Position numbers and translations under genes: made by a program
DNA from: an uncultured Chloroflexia bacterium
GTDB taxonomy: Bacteria; Chloroflexota; Anaerolineae; CG2-30-64-16
NCBI GenBank assembly: GCA_963695715.1
Contig: CAVOHP010000014.1
Span: 154,612-218,611 of the forward strand
Reading direction: 5' to 3'
DNA: 64,000 bases
The notes under the pieces: generated by a model
What the model was told of the DNA's origin: nothing
The model's input: the letters and a program-made list of their open reading frames with translations, nothing else
Databases searched by the model: none
In this document: piece after piece, positions 53,751 to 63,944 of the stretch
Layout of the letters: each line of letters begins with the position of its first letter
Numbering within the stretch: the first letter of the stretch is position 1

Positions 53751-56700
53751 TCAATCATACGCAGACCGATCTCCTCCGCCCGTCACCGGCAGGAACATCG
53801 GCGGCGGGGCCACGTCACCCTTGAAGCGCGGGATGAGCCGGTAGCCGCCCACGTAAGGCTGCTCTGCGACGTACTGGCCGACCACGCCGCGCGCCACCCA
53901 CCAGTCGCCGAGGTGGACGTAGGGCCGCCGCCAGGGGAGGTCTTCGGGGAAGTAGACGCGGAGCGCGCCGCTGCCGTCATCCAGCAGGAGCGCGTTCGGC
54001 TCGTACCTGACGACGCGCCCAAGCACCAGCGCAAGCTGTCCTTCCTGCGCTTCGCCGAGGCGCCCGGTCGCCACGCGCACCGCCGCCGGTATCTCGCCCT
54101 TGCCCAGCAAGGTGATGTAACCGGGGTCGGGGACAGACAGTTCCAGCTCGCCGTGATAGTCGCGCGTCCAGCCGGTGACGCGCAGCAGGTCGCCCACAAC
54201 CAGCGGCGGATACTCGCCCTTGCGGAGATAGATGCGCGCGCCGCCCGTCGCATCCTGGATGTAGATGCTGCGCCCGAACAGCCCCGGCGGCAGCGTTACG
54301 ACGCCGGTGAGCGTGACGCGCGTATCGGGCGGCAAGGCGCGCACGTTCGCCATCGCGGTCTCGCCCGAAAGACCGCCAGAGCGGGGACGGGGGTCGCCCT
54401 GCCGCCCGGCGGCGATCGTCGTCATCGGCGTCGTCATCCCGCGGCGGTCGCAATCGGTTCGCCTGCCCCGGCGTGACCACGCAGTCGGAGGTCCAATCGC
54501 CTGAGCCGTCGGCGGCGCGGCAGAAGCTACGGTCGTCGCCGGGGCCATGCGCGTATTCGAACCGGTCAAGCTCGACGCCATCGGGCCGGGAAAGCGTCAC
54601 GCTGTCGCGTGAATCGCCCAGCGACAGGCCCGTTTGCGCGCGGAACAGCAACAGGTAGGCGCGCGGCCAGATCACTGTGCCGGCGGGGAGCGTGTAGGCG
54701 CCGGCGTCATCGCCGATGCGCCATCCACCCAGCGTCGCCGGCGTTTCACCGGCGTTGAATAACTCGATCCACTCGTCGCGGAAGTCGGCCGCGCCATCCC
54801 CATCCCAATCCACCTCGCGCGGGTCAGGCAAAATCTCGTTCAGCGTGACGCCTTCGGGATAGGCGGTCGCCGTCGGCGTTGCTGTCGGCGTCGGCGTTGC
54901 GGTCGCCGTTGCAATCGCCGTGGGAGAAGCGGTGGCCGTCGGCGTCGGTCGAATCGAATTCGCGGTTCCGGGCGAGCCGAAATCGCCCGCGCCGCCGGGC
55001 CACGGCGACCAGGACATGCCCCAGCTCGCGCCCAGGCTGTTATCGAGCGCCACATCCAGCAAGACCATAGACGCCCCGGTCGGATCGGGAAACTCCGGCC
55101 CGCCATCGTAGGCCACGCGATCTATCTCGCTTCCTGCCCCATCCAACAGGATGATCTCGTCCACATCATTCCCCAGCAGGAAGCCGGAATATTCGTAGGC
55201 CATCGCCACGCCGCCGTTCACCGCGCGCATCGGCATTCCGACCCAGGACCAGATAATCGCCAGGCGCAATGAATAGCGGGCCGCCCGCCGCAATGCGATG
55301 CGTATCGGTTCCTTCGTCACGCAGGGTCCAACCGTTCAGATCAATCATATGGTCGCCCGCGTTGTATAGCTCGAACCACTCGCCGACAACGTCCGGCACG
55401 ACCGCGGGGTTCTGCATGATCTCGGTGATGATCACGTCGCCGGGTTGACCCAGGCCAGGCGTCTCTGTCGCCGTGGATGTGGCGGTGGGCGTAGAAATCC
55501 GGGTAGAGGTAGGCGTCGGCGTCAACGTGGGCGTAGCCGTTGCCGTCGGGGTGAATGACGATGTCGCCGTAACTGTGAAGGTGGCGTGGGGGTTGCCGTC
55601 GGCGTCCCGGACGGCGTAGGTGTGGGGACCGGGGGATTCGCGGCGCCGGGCGAGCCGAAGTCGCCCGCGCCGCCGGGCCACGGCGACCAGGATAAGCCCC
55701 AACTCGCGCCCAGGCTGTTATCAAGCGTCACATCCAGCAAGGTCATGGACGCCCCACTCGGATCCGGGAACGCATCCCCGCCATCATAGGCGATCCGATC
55801 AATCTCGGTGCCCATCCCATCCAGCAGGATGATCTCGTCGGCAGCGTTCGCCAGCAGGAACCCGCTGTAGGCGTAAGCCACCGCCACGCCGCCGTTCAGG
55901 GACGCATCGGCCTCGCGGCCCAGCACCAGATAATCGCCAGGCGCGATGAGCAGCGGGCCGGCGGCCTGGATGTGGTGATGGTCAACGCCATCATCGCGGA
56001 TCGTCCAGCCGTTGAGGTCAATGGGGCGAGCGCTCGCGTTATACAACTCGAACCACTCGCCCACCGTGTCCGAAACGGCGTCGGGGTTCTGCATGATCTC
56101 GGTGATGATCACGTCGCCGGGTTGGGCCGGTTCGGATGTCCATGTCGCGACGGGCGTACTTGTACTCGTGGCAGTTGATGCAGGTGTGGGGGTGACCGTC
56201 GCGGTCGGCGTCAGGGTATGCGTGGGCGTCGGCGTCAAGTGCGAGTCGGCGTGGGCGTCGCGGTCGGTGTCAGGGTATGCGTGGAGGTGGCGTCGCGGTC
56301 GGTGTGGGCGACGGCGTCATGGTGGGAGGCGGCGCGATGTTCGGGGAAGCCGGGCGACGGCGAAAAGCCCTCCATCCATTCCCCAAACCCATCTACCGCG
56401 CGGCTGTAACTCCGATCCGCGGTCGGGTTGGTGTAGGAAAAGGCGTCCACTTCGAGACCATCGGGCGCGAGCAGGCGCGCGGTGTCGGCGTCCTGGTTCA
56501 GCGCCACGCCCGTGCCCGAACGGTGACGCACCAGAAAGCCCATCGGCTCCAACACAGTCCCTGGCGGAAAGATGTAAGGCGATGTGCCGCCAAAGGCCAT
56601 GTCGTCCAGCGCCCAGCCGCCCAGGTCTATCGGATACGGTTCGAGGTTGTAGACTTCGATCCACTCATCGTAGGCATTCGCGACGCCGTTCCCGTCCCAA

Positions 56701-58215
56701 TCCACACTCATCGGTCGAGGCAATACTTCGTTCAGACGCACTCTCGGCCAGGGGGTGGCGGTCGCGGTCGGCGCCGGCGTGGTCGTGCAGGTTGGCGTCA
56801 GCATCGCGGTTGGCGTCAGCGTCGCAGTTGAAGTTGGGGTGGGCGTGTGAGCAGTCGTCGGCGTTGCGTCCGGCGGCGATGTTGCGACCTCCGTCGCCGT
56901 CAACGTGACGGTCATGGTCGGTGTGCGCGTGGGCGCTTCCGTGGACGTAGGCGTCGCCGTGGGCGCGGGCAGCGGGAGACCGGGGTGCGGCGTTGCCTGC
57001 GGCAGCCAGTCGGCGCGCGTGTTCGTATCCTCATCGGGAGGAACACGCGCCAGCGACCAGCCGGGATCGACATCCGGGCAAGGCGGGTCGAAGATGCCCG
57101 TATCCGAGCCATAACTCATGGCATCTATGAGTGTTCCATCCGGCGCCAGGAGCAACACCCGATCTCCGGCGTTGATCAGCCCGTCGCCGATGATCCCTTC
57201 CAGCGACACCAGCGGGCCGGCATAGCCGGGATGGTTGGCGAAGAACCCGGAAGCCGTGGCGGCGATCACCAGGAATTGACCCGACGGCAACACGATCGCC
57301 GGGATGGCGTCCGCCTCGGCGTTGTCGGCCACGCGCCAGCCCGCCAGATCAACGTCCGAGCCGCTCGCGTTGTAGAGTTCGATCCACTCGAACGGTTGGT
57401 CGCTGCCGGCCTGTGGTGCGTCGTACATGACCTCGCTCAGGAGCAGCCTGGGCCAGACAACAGGGGTGCGCGTCGCCGTTGAAGTCGCTGTTGCGGTTGG
57501 GGGCGCCGGAACGGGCGTCTCGGTGGGCGTCGGAGAGGGCGTCATCTCCGGCGTATCCGTGGGCGTTGTGGAGGGCACAGGGACTGGGTGTGACCGTGTA
57601 GGTCGGCGTCACGGAGGCAGTTGCCGTGGGCGCGGGGGCGGCGGGAATTGCGCCGGGGGAAGGCGCAGGTTGCGCGCGCCAGTCGGCGGCGGCATCCGTA
57701 TCCTGCGCAACCGAAACACGCTCCAACGACGACCCGGCGGGCACGTCGGGGCAGGGCGGACTGAAGGCCGAGACGTCGGAGCCGTAGCTCAGCGCGTCCA
57801 CGGCGTTCCCGGCAGGGTCCAGCAAGATGAGGCGGTCGGCCGCGTTGTTCAGACCATCGCCGATCGAACCCTCCAGCGTCACCAGCGGGCCAGAGAAACC
57901 GGGGTAATTGGCGAAGAAGCCGGAAGCTGTTGCGGCGACCACCAGCGTCTCGCCAGGGGCCAGCACGTAGGCGGGTACGAAGTCGCTCTCTGCGTTGTCG
58001 CCCACGCGCCACCCGGCAAGATTCACCGGCGCGCCGGTCGGGTTGTGGAGTTCCAGAAATTCATATTGCGTATCTGTGCCCGACTGCGGCGCGTCGTAAA
58101 GCACTTCGCTGATCAGGAGATGATCGGGCGATTCGGCGGCGCTGCGCCGGGAGAAAGGCGGTAGAAGGAACGAGGCGAAAAGAAGGACGACGGAAAAGAT
58201 ATGCAGGCGCGCCAT
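53751..58215 (-). CDS. Giant secreted multidomain protein: signal peptide, at least six lamin-tail domains (LTD) separated by Pro/Thr-rich linkers, C-terminal OB-fold-like domain; several frameshifts within internally repetitive DNA
   Basis: LTD signatures recur: LISEVLYDAPQSGTDTQYEFLELHNPTGAPVNLAGWRVGD, LSEVMYDAPQAGSDQPFEWIELYNASGSDVDLAGWRVAD, RLNEVLPRP...DEWIEVYNLEPYPIDLGGWALDD, VIITEIMQNP...GEWFELYNA...IDLNGWT(I/L)RD (twice), TLNEILPDP...DEWIELFNAGETPATLGGWRIGDD; C-terminal TLTGVVTLPPGLFGRSIYIQDATGGARIYL...; pieces lie in 6 ORFs in successive frames. Confidence 0.65.
54850..58100. repeat. Internal near-identical repeats (~700-bp period) inside the LTD gene
   Basis: For example 54940-55040 versus 55640-55740 (~90% identical) and 57000-57400 versus 57700-58100. 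Confidence 0.7.
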
Positions 58216-58371
58216 GGCCTACCATCCATTCAGAGAACCGTGAAGCTACAATGAGCGAACGGGATAGACTCGCGCGTTATATCACGAAGGCGAATGACTT
58301 GTCAAATGGGGCGACAAAAAACCGGGCGCTTTACAGCGCCCGGTCCAGATGTTCGGTTGCTTATTCCAGGT

Positions 58372-60601
58372 TTACTCGGCGCGGGTCAGGCCGGTCATGT
58401 CAACCTCGATGCCGCCCTCGCCCAGGTCTTCCAGCGCATCGTACAGGACCTGCGCTGCGTACACAGGGTTGTGTGCGAAGACGCCGGGGTCCTTCTGGAT
58501 GTACTGGTAGTTGTAGGCCGCGCGCAGCAGGCGAGGCGTCCAGGCCGCGAAGGCCCCTTCACCCTCATCAATCTTGCCGTTGGCGTTCGCATCTTCGAAG
58601 AAGTACGGATACGTCACTGCATCGTAGAGGATGGGTTTCTTGGCGACGTCTTTGGCATAGAGCTGCATCGCTGCGAACAGCTTCTCTTGCAGCGCCGTGA
58701 TCTCCGCAGACACGCCTTCCTTGGCGTCCTTGTCGCCGTCGAGGTCAGCCGCGCTGATGCGGATGTCCTGAGGCGTCTTGACGCCCGCATGGCAGGTCAC
58801 GCACTTGTCGAAGGCGAGTTCCTGCGTATGCGTGCCGTGGCAATCGGTGCAGGTCTGGAAACCGGGGGCGTGCATGTTACGACCGGCGTATTCCTTGTCG
58901 GCGTACTGATACGCGCCCTGAGCCTCGTCGCCGAACAGCGACGCGCCCGCCGCGAAGTAGTGTACGTTCGAGAAGCGCAGCGGCGTCTCGGGCACGACGT
59001 CATCTTCCTTGCCCTTGAGCTTGGCGTTCATCGAGGCCGTGGATTCGCGACCCTGATGGCATTCGAGACAGACGTTGGCGTCTGCCGGCAGGAGGTCGCC
59101 TTCTGCATTCTTCTCGGTGCTGAACGTGACGCTCTTCCCGCTGGGGAAGGGCACATTCGTCACCGGATGCAGGGTGAATTTAGCCAGATCGTTGTGGCAG
59201 GTGGTGCAGGCGAACCCGTTCGCCGGGTGCGCCGCCGTGACGCCGGTGGTGACGACGTTGCCGCGTCCGTCAACCGCGACTGTGCCGCCGTTCGCGAGGA
59301 ACTCAGGCAGGCCCTCGGAGGAGTGGCACTTGGCGCACGAAGCCGGAACCATGCCCTCTTCGTCCCAGTGACGGAAGGCTTCAGACGTGCCGTCGAAATG
59401 ACCGGCGTCGTCCCGAACCGCAGCCTCGAGGTCAATCGGCTTCGGCGAGCTTGGTGTTCAGGTCCGCGATCGAATCGTGCATCAACTGGACAACGTACTT
59501 GGCGTTGTGCGCGAACTTGCCGGGGTCCTTGCTGGCAACCTGGTAGTTGTAAGCCGCCTGCAACAGGCGCGCCGTCCAACTTGAGTAGCCCTTCTCATCC
59601 TCATCGGCCTTGCCGTTGTTGTTGGCGTCGGCAAACCAGTACGGATACGCCGCCGGGTTGTAGGCAATAGGCGCTTCCGAGACCTCTGCGGCGTAGGCCG
59701 TAATGGCCTCGCCCAGTTTTCCTTGCAGACCGGTCACTTCAGCCGAAACGCCTTCCTTCGCATCGCCGTCGCCGTCATAATCCATCAACGAGCCGGGCAT
59801 GCGAATCTTGGCGAGGTCTTCGACCTTGGCGACGCCCGCATGGCACGTGGCGCACTCTTTCACATCGAGCGCCAGCGTGTGCGAGTTGTGGCAGCCGACG
59901 CAGGTGTCATACGGCGCAGGATGCTGGAACTTGCCGTCATACGACATGTCGTCGTATTCGTAGCCGCCCTTGGCCTGGGTACCGTATTGCGTGGCTGCAG
60001 CAGCGAAGTAGTGAACGTTGCGGAAACCAAACGGCACTTCTTTGCCATCTACCGTCATGGGTTTGACGACAGCATCAAGATCGGTGACTTTGAAGTCCGC
60101 GATCTGCTTGTCCACGCTCACTTTGGATTCGCGCCCCTGATGGCATTCCATACAGCGGGCTTCGCTTCCGAGGCCGGTCATTTCGATGCCAGACGGGAAG
60201 ACAACGCCATCCTTGGTCGGGGTCACGGTGTTGTGGCAAGCCACGCACTGGATGCCGTTTGACGGGGGATGCTTTGCGTCAATCTTTCCGGCGGCGCTGC
60301 CATCAGCGCCCAGAAAGTCAAGATAGCCGGTGGTGGCGTGGCATTTGGCGCAGGCGGCAGGGACTTCCTTCGGATCTTCGGCGTCCCAATGGCGGAACGC
60401 CTCTGCCATCGCGTCTGCATGGCCGGAGCCTTGCCAATCCTTGAGGAAGGGGATCTCCGGTATAACGGGCTCGTCAGCCGCAGCGGCTGCTGCGGGCGCA
60501 GGGGTGGGCGTGGCATCCTGTGCGTAGGCCACAGCGCCGAAGGCTGTGAGCAACAGGACAACAATCAGGGCCAGCCCAAGGGACTTTCTCATGGCCTTCA
60601 T
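58372..60601 (-). CDS. c-type cytochrome made of two tandem pentahaem modules (decahaem if fused); the second module lacks its own signal peptide and the split coincides with a frame change at 59432-59440
   Basis: AAGGAGG ribosome-binding site, signal peptide MKAMRKSLGLALIVVLLLTAFGAVAYA; module 1 CAKCH, CVACH, CMECH, CVGCH, CATCH; module 2 CAKCH, CTTCH, CLECH, CTDCH, CVTCH; modules are paralogous (AEAFRHWDAEDPKEVPAACAKCH versus SEAFRHWDEEGMVPASCAKCH; both end KDPG.FAHN); the module-2 frame is open upstream to within 3 nt of the module-1 stop. Confidence 0.7.
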
Positions 60602-60802
60602 CGGTCCTCCTTGTGTCTTGCATGGGGTGGAGACACATGTTGAGATACTGACGTTGCAAATACAAATTGAGGAGCTTATGCCGTTATTGTCACCTCCTTC
60701 ACCGGATATATGATCCTGCTCAGAGACGGGACAGTCCTGTCGCAAGATCATCTGGCGCTCACGGGGTGCAAAATCAAGGTGAGCGTTTAGACGGGATTAC
60801 GT

Positions 60803-60822
60803 CGTGTGCATTTTAGCACACG
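60803..60822. promoter_or_regulatory. Inverted repeat CGTGTGC-ATTTTA-GCACACG in the divergent cytochrome/def intergenic region
   Basis: Perfect 7-bp arms, 6-nt AT spacer. Confidence 0.35.
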
Positions 60823-60915
60823 AATTCCGCCGATACAAATCATGTATAACACATTCCTGTCATCGCGTCCAATCTTCGCTGATTGCCAAAGCGACGTCGG
60901 TTTCGCGGAATCACT

Positions 60916-60944
60916 TTGACAAATCGCCCCTGCATACCTATAAT
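60916..60944 (+). promoter_or_regulatory. Consensus sigma-70 promoter TTGACA-17-TATAAT for def
   Basis: ttgaca aatcgcccctgcatacc tataat, 48 nt upstream of the def ATG. Confidence 0.6.
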
Positions 60945-60992
60945 TTATCTAGCGTTTTGTTGCTTAATTTGGGTTGAGGACGGGAGAGCGGC

Positions 60993-61550
60993 ATGGCGAT
61001 TCGTGAGATCATCACTTTAGGACACCCGACCTTACGCCAGCGCGCGCGCAAGGTGACGGAATTCGGGCCAGAGTTACAGCAACTGATTGATGACATGGTC
61101 GAGACGATGCGCAAGGCGCCGGGCGTCGGGCTGGCCGCACCGCAGGTGAACGTGCTGGAGCGCGTGATCGTCCTGGAACTGCCCGCGGATGAAGAAGAGG
61201 ATCGACCGGCCGAACTCTACGCGTTCGTCAACCCGGAAGTCATCAAGACGTCGCGAGAGATCGAAGAAGATGAAGAAGGGTGTCTTTCGATTCCGGGATA
61301 TATCGGTGAGGTACCCCGCCACACCATGGTGATCGTACGCGGGCAGGATGCTTACGGCAAGACCCAAAAGGTGCGCGCCTATGACTACCTGGCCCGCATC
61401 TTTCAGCATGAAATTGATCACCTGGACGGTGTGATGTTCATTGACCGGGTGACGGACCCGGCCAAGATCCGCCCGGTGACGGCGGAAGACGCCAATAACC
61501 CGGAAACTGCCGAGGCGATGGCGCTGATGGAAGGGCCGAGCGCGCCCTGA
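60993..61550 (+). CDS. def: Peptide deformylase
   Basis: GVGLAAPQV, EGCLSIPG, HEIDHLDG motifs. Confidence 0.9.
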   Translation: MAIREIITLGHPTLRQRARKVTEFGPELQQLIDDMVETMRKAPGVGLAAPQVNVLERVIVLELPADEEEDRPAELYAFVNPEVIKTSREIEEDEEGCLSIPGYIGEVPRHTMVIVRGQDAYGKTQKVRAYDYLARIFQHEIDHLDGVMFIDRVTDPAKIRPVTAEDANNPETAEAMALMEGPSAP

Positions 61551-61632
61551 CGACATGTCAGCGAGATACTTCAGAGCCGCAGGCCCCCCTGTAGGACTCC
61601 ACTCGGAATGACGGCTTGCCAAACAAAAACAA

Positions 61633-61668
61633 GACACGGGGAGCGCAATTGCTCCCCGTGTCTTTATG
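61633..61668. terminator. Bidirectional rho-independent terminator between def (+) and the ABC ATPase (-)
   Basis: GACACGGGGAGC-GCAATT-GCTCCCCGTGTC stem, TTTAT on plus, TTGTTTTTGTTT on minus. Confidence 0.65.
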
Positions 61669-61693
61669 ACGGCTCAAGCCGATAGTCTATGCG

Positions 61694-62806
61694 TCAGGCG
61701 GCGACGACGTCGAGCGTTTTCTCGGTCTGCGGATCGAACAGGTGCATGTTGTCCATATTCAGAACGAGATCAATTTCCTCGCCGGAACGGACACTCGTGC
61801 GCGGATCCACGCGGGCGATGAACGATTTCGTCCCCGTCAGCAGGTAGAGGAAGATTTCGTTGCCCATCAACTCGGTGACGTCTACCGTCGCCTTCATCGG
61901 CGCGGGGACGATGCCGGGCGCAGCGTACTGGGTCGAATAGATGTCTTCGGGCCGGACGCCGAAGATGACCTTCTTGCCCTTATGCGGCAAGTAGATTGCC
62001 TTCTTCTTCTCCGGCACTTCCAGCTTGAAGCTGCCGCCATCTACCCACAGCTTGCCGTCTTGCTCGACCAGGGTCACGTCGAAGAAGTTCATGGACGGGC
62101 TGCCGATGAAGCCGGCCACGAAGACATTGGTCGGATGATCGTACAACTGCTGCGGTGTGTCGATCTGCTGGAGGAGGCCGTCTTTCATGACGGCGATGCG
62201 CGAGGCCATGGTCATGGCTTCCATCTGGTCGTGGGTGACGTAGATGAAGGTGGTGCCCAGGCGCTGATGGAGCTTGCTGATTTCCGCACGGGTCTGGACG
62301 CGCAGCTTGGCGTCGAGGTTCGATAGCGGCTCATCGAAGAGGAAGACGGCGGGGTCGCGGACGATGGCCCGACCTACCGCCACACGCTGGCGCTGACCGC
62401 CGGAGAGTTGTTTCGGCTTGCGGTCGAGCAACTGGCTGATGCCCAACATCTCGGCGGCTTCCTTGACCTTGCGGTCAATCTCCGCCTTGGGGGTCTTGCG
62501 CAGCTTGAGGCCGAACGCCATATTGTCGTACACGCTCATGTGAGGGTAGAGCGCGTAGCTCTGGAACACCATGGCGATGTCGCGGTCTTTGGGGGGCACA
62601 TCGTTGACCACGCGGTCGCCGATGAAGATGCGCCCGTCGGAAATTTCCTCCAGGCCGGCGAGGAGGCGCAGGCTGGTGGTTTTACCGCAGCCGGACGGGC
62701 CGACGAAGACCACAAATTCCTTGTCGGCGATCTTGATGCTCAGATCGTTGACTGCCGTAACATCGCCGAACCGCTTGTAGACATGATCGTAAGTTACACT
62801 GGCCAT
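61694..62806 (-). CDS. ABC transporter ATP-binding protein, sugar-import (MalK/UgpC/MsmX-like) type with C-terminal TOBE domain
   Basis: Walker A GPSGCGKTT, signature LSGGQRQRVAVGRA, Walker B FLFDEPLSNLD; AAGGAGA ribosome-binding site; stand-alone (no permease adjacent). Confidence 0.9.
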   Translation of the reverse strand: MASVTYDHVYKRFGDVTAVNDLSIKIADKEFVVFVGPSGCGKTTSLRLLAGLEEISDGRIFIGDRVVNDVPPKDRDIAMVFQSYALYPHMSVYDNMAFGLKLRKTPKAEIDRKVKEAAEMLGISQLLDRKPKQLSGGQRQRVAVGRAIVRDPAVFLFDEPLSNLDAKLRVQTRAEISKLHQRLGTTFIYVTHDQMEAMTMASRIAVMKDGLLQQIDTPQQLYDHPTNVFVAGFIGSPSMNFFDVTLVEQDGKLWVDGGSFKLEVPEKKKAIYLPHKGKKVIFGVRPEDIYSTQYAAPGIVPAPMKATVDVTELMGNEIFLYLLTGTKSFIARVDPRTSVRSGEEIDLVLNMDNMHLFDPQTEKTLDVVAA

Positions 62807-63272
62807 CGGGTGAAATTCTCCTTAGAGTGATTGGAAATCCACAGCCGGGCAAACAGAACTGTTCGGTCGGATAGACTGCGCTCCCGATGGGACGGGCCAG
62901 GCCAAACCTTAGCACGCCCAATGGCCAAGACCGGGTTACTCAGGCTATCGCGGGCAAGCCTGCCAAAACCGTCATGCCGCGGCAACGTGGTAAATGTATC
63001 GAATTAAGTCGGAGGGTAGAGGATATGAAAGAATCATAGCCGAGTGGAGACGGCTCTTGACAGGTGGTCATCCGTCTGAGTCGCAGGCACTCCGCCTTTG
63101 AGTGTTGCACCTCCCAGGGATCAGATCGGCCGCCCTCCATTGGGGGCAGACGGCTCACCGCGAGACAGATGCTTGGCCGCATCTTCACTTGCGTTCCCGT
63201 GAGCTAAAGCACAGTCTACCACAGCGGGGCCGGGTGGGCCAAATTCTCAAAAACAGGTATGCGCGCATACAA

Positions 63273-63301
63273 AAGCCGCTGCTATTGTCTTGCAGCGGCT
63301 T
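63273..63301 (-). terminator. Rho-independent terminator downstream of lepB
   Basis: AAGCCGCTGC-9 nt-GCAGCGGCTT, followed on the minus transcript by TTTTGTAT. Confidence 0.55.
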
Positions 63302-63350
63302 CGAAACGAATGATCCGATGTTGCCAACCCGCGGAGATATCTATGGAGGG

Positions 63351-63944
63351 TCAGTGGATAACAGCCAGCTCGTTGAGGGGCCAGTAGCGGACGACGGCGC
63401 GGCCCATGATGCTATCCATCGGGATCGGCCCGAAGATGCGCGAGTCGCGGCTGGCGCCGCGGTTATCGCCCATCACGAACACGCTCAACGGCGGCACAAA
63501 CCACGAACGCCCATTGCCGGACGTTACCTGATTCAGATACGGCTCATCCAGCGGCGCGCCGTCCACATACACCTGACCATCGGCCACCGTCACCCGCTCA
63601 CCGGGCAGGCCGATGACCCGCTTGATGAGCAAATCAGGCCCGCCATCGGGGTCACTCAGGACGACGATATCGCCGCGCTGCGGGCTGTGAAAGCGATAGG
63701 TGAGCTTCTCGACCACCAACCGCTCGTTGGTGTGGAGGTTGGGTTGCATGCTGCCGCCGTAGACGCGGGTCGCCTGCGCCAGGAACAGGTGAATCAGGAG
63801 CGCGATGATAACCGCCGGCACGATGGTGCCGAACAGATCGCGGATCACAGCACGCGCCCAACTCATCGCCTGGACAGTGTGTGAAACTGCCGGGGGTTGT
63901 TCCGGTGTTGATTCTTGCGTGGCTTCAAACGGTTCTTCAGACAC
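63351..63944 (-). CDS. lepB: Signal peptidase I
   Basis: GGSMQP (catalytic Ser region), KRVIGLPGE (Lys), GDNRGASRDSR box E. Confidence 0.85.
   Translation of the reverse strand: MSEEPFEATQESTPEQPPAVSHTVQAMSWARAVIRDLFGTIVPAVIIALLIHLFLAQATRVYGGSMQPNLHTNERLVVEKLTYRFHSPQRGDIVVLSDPDGGPDLLIKRVIGLPGERVTVADGQVYVDGAPLDEPYLNQVTSGNGRSWFVPPLSVFVMGDNRGASRDSRIFGPIPMDSIMGRAVVRYWPLNELAVIH

Noticed and set aside
62807-63272. tmRNA, RNase P RNA, SRP RNA or riboswitch in the long intergenic region
   Set aside because: No GGUUCGAUUCC T-loop plus tag ORF, no AGGAAAGUCCGGGCUCC/ACAGAAACCCGGCUUA RNase P blocks, no AGGUCCGGAAGGAAGCAGC SRP core were visible; left as unexplained.
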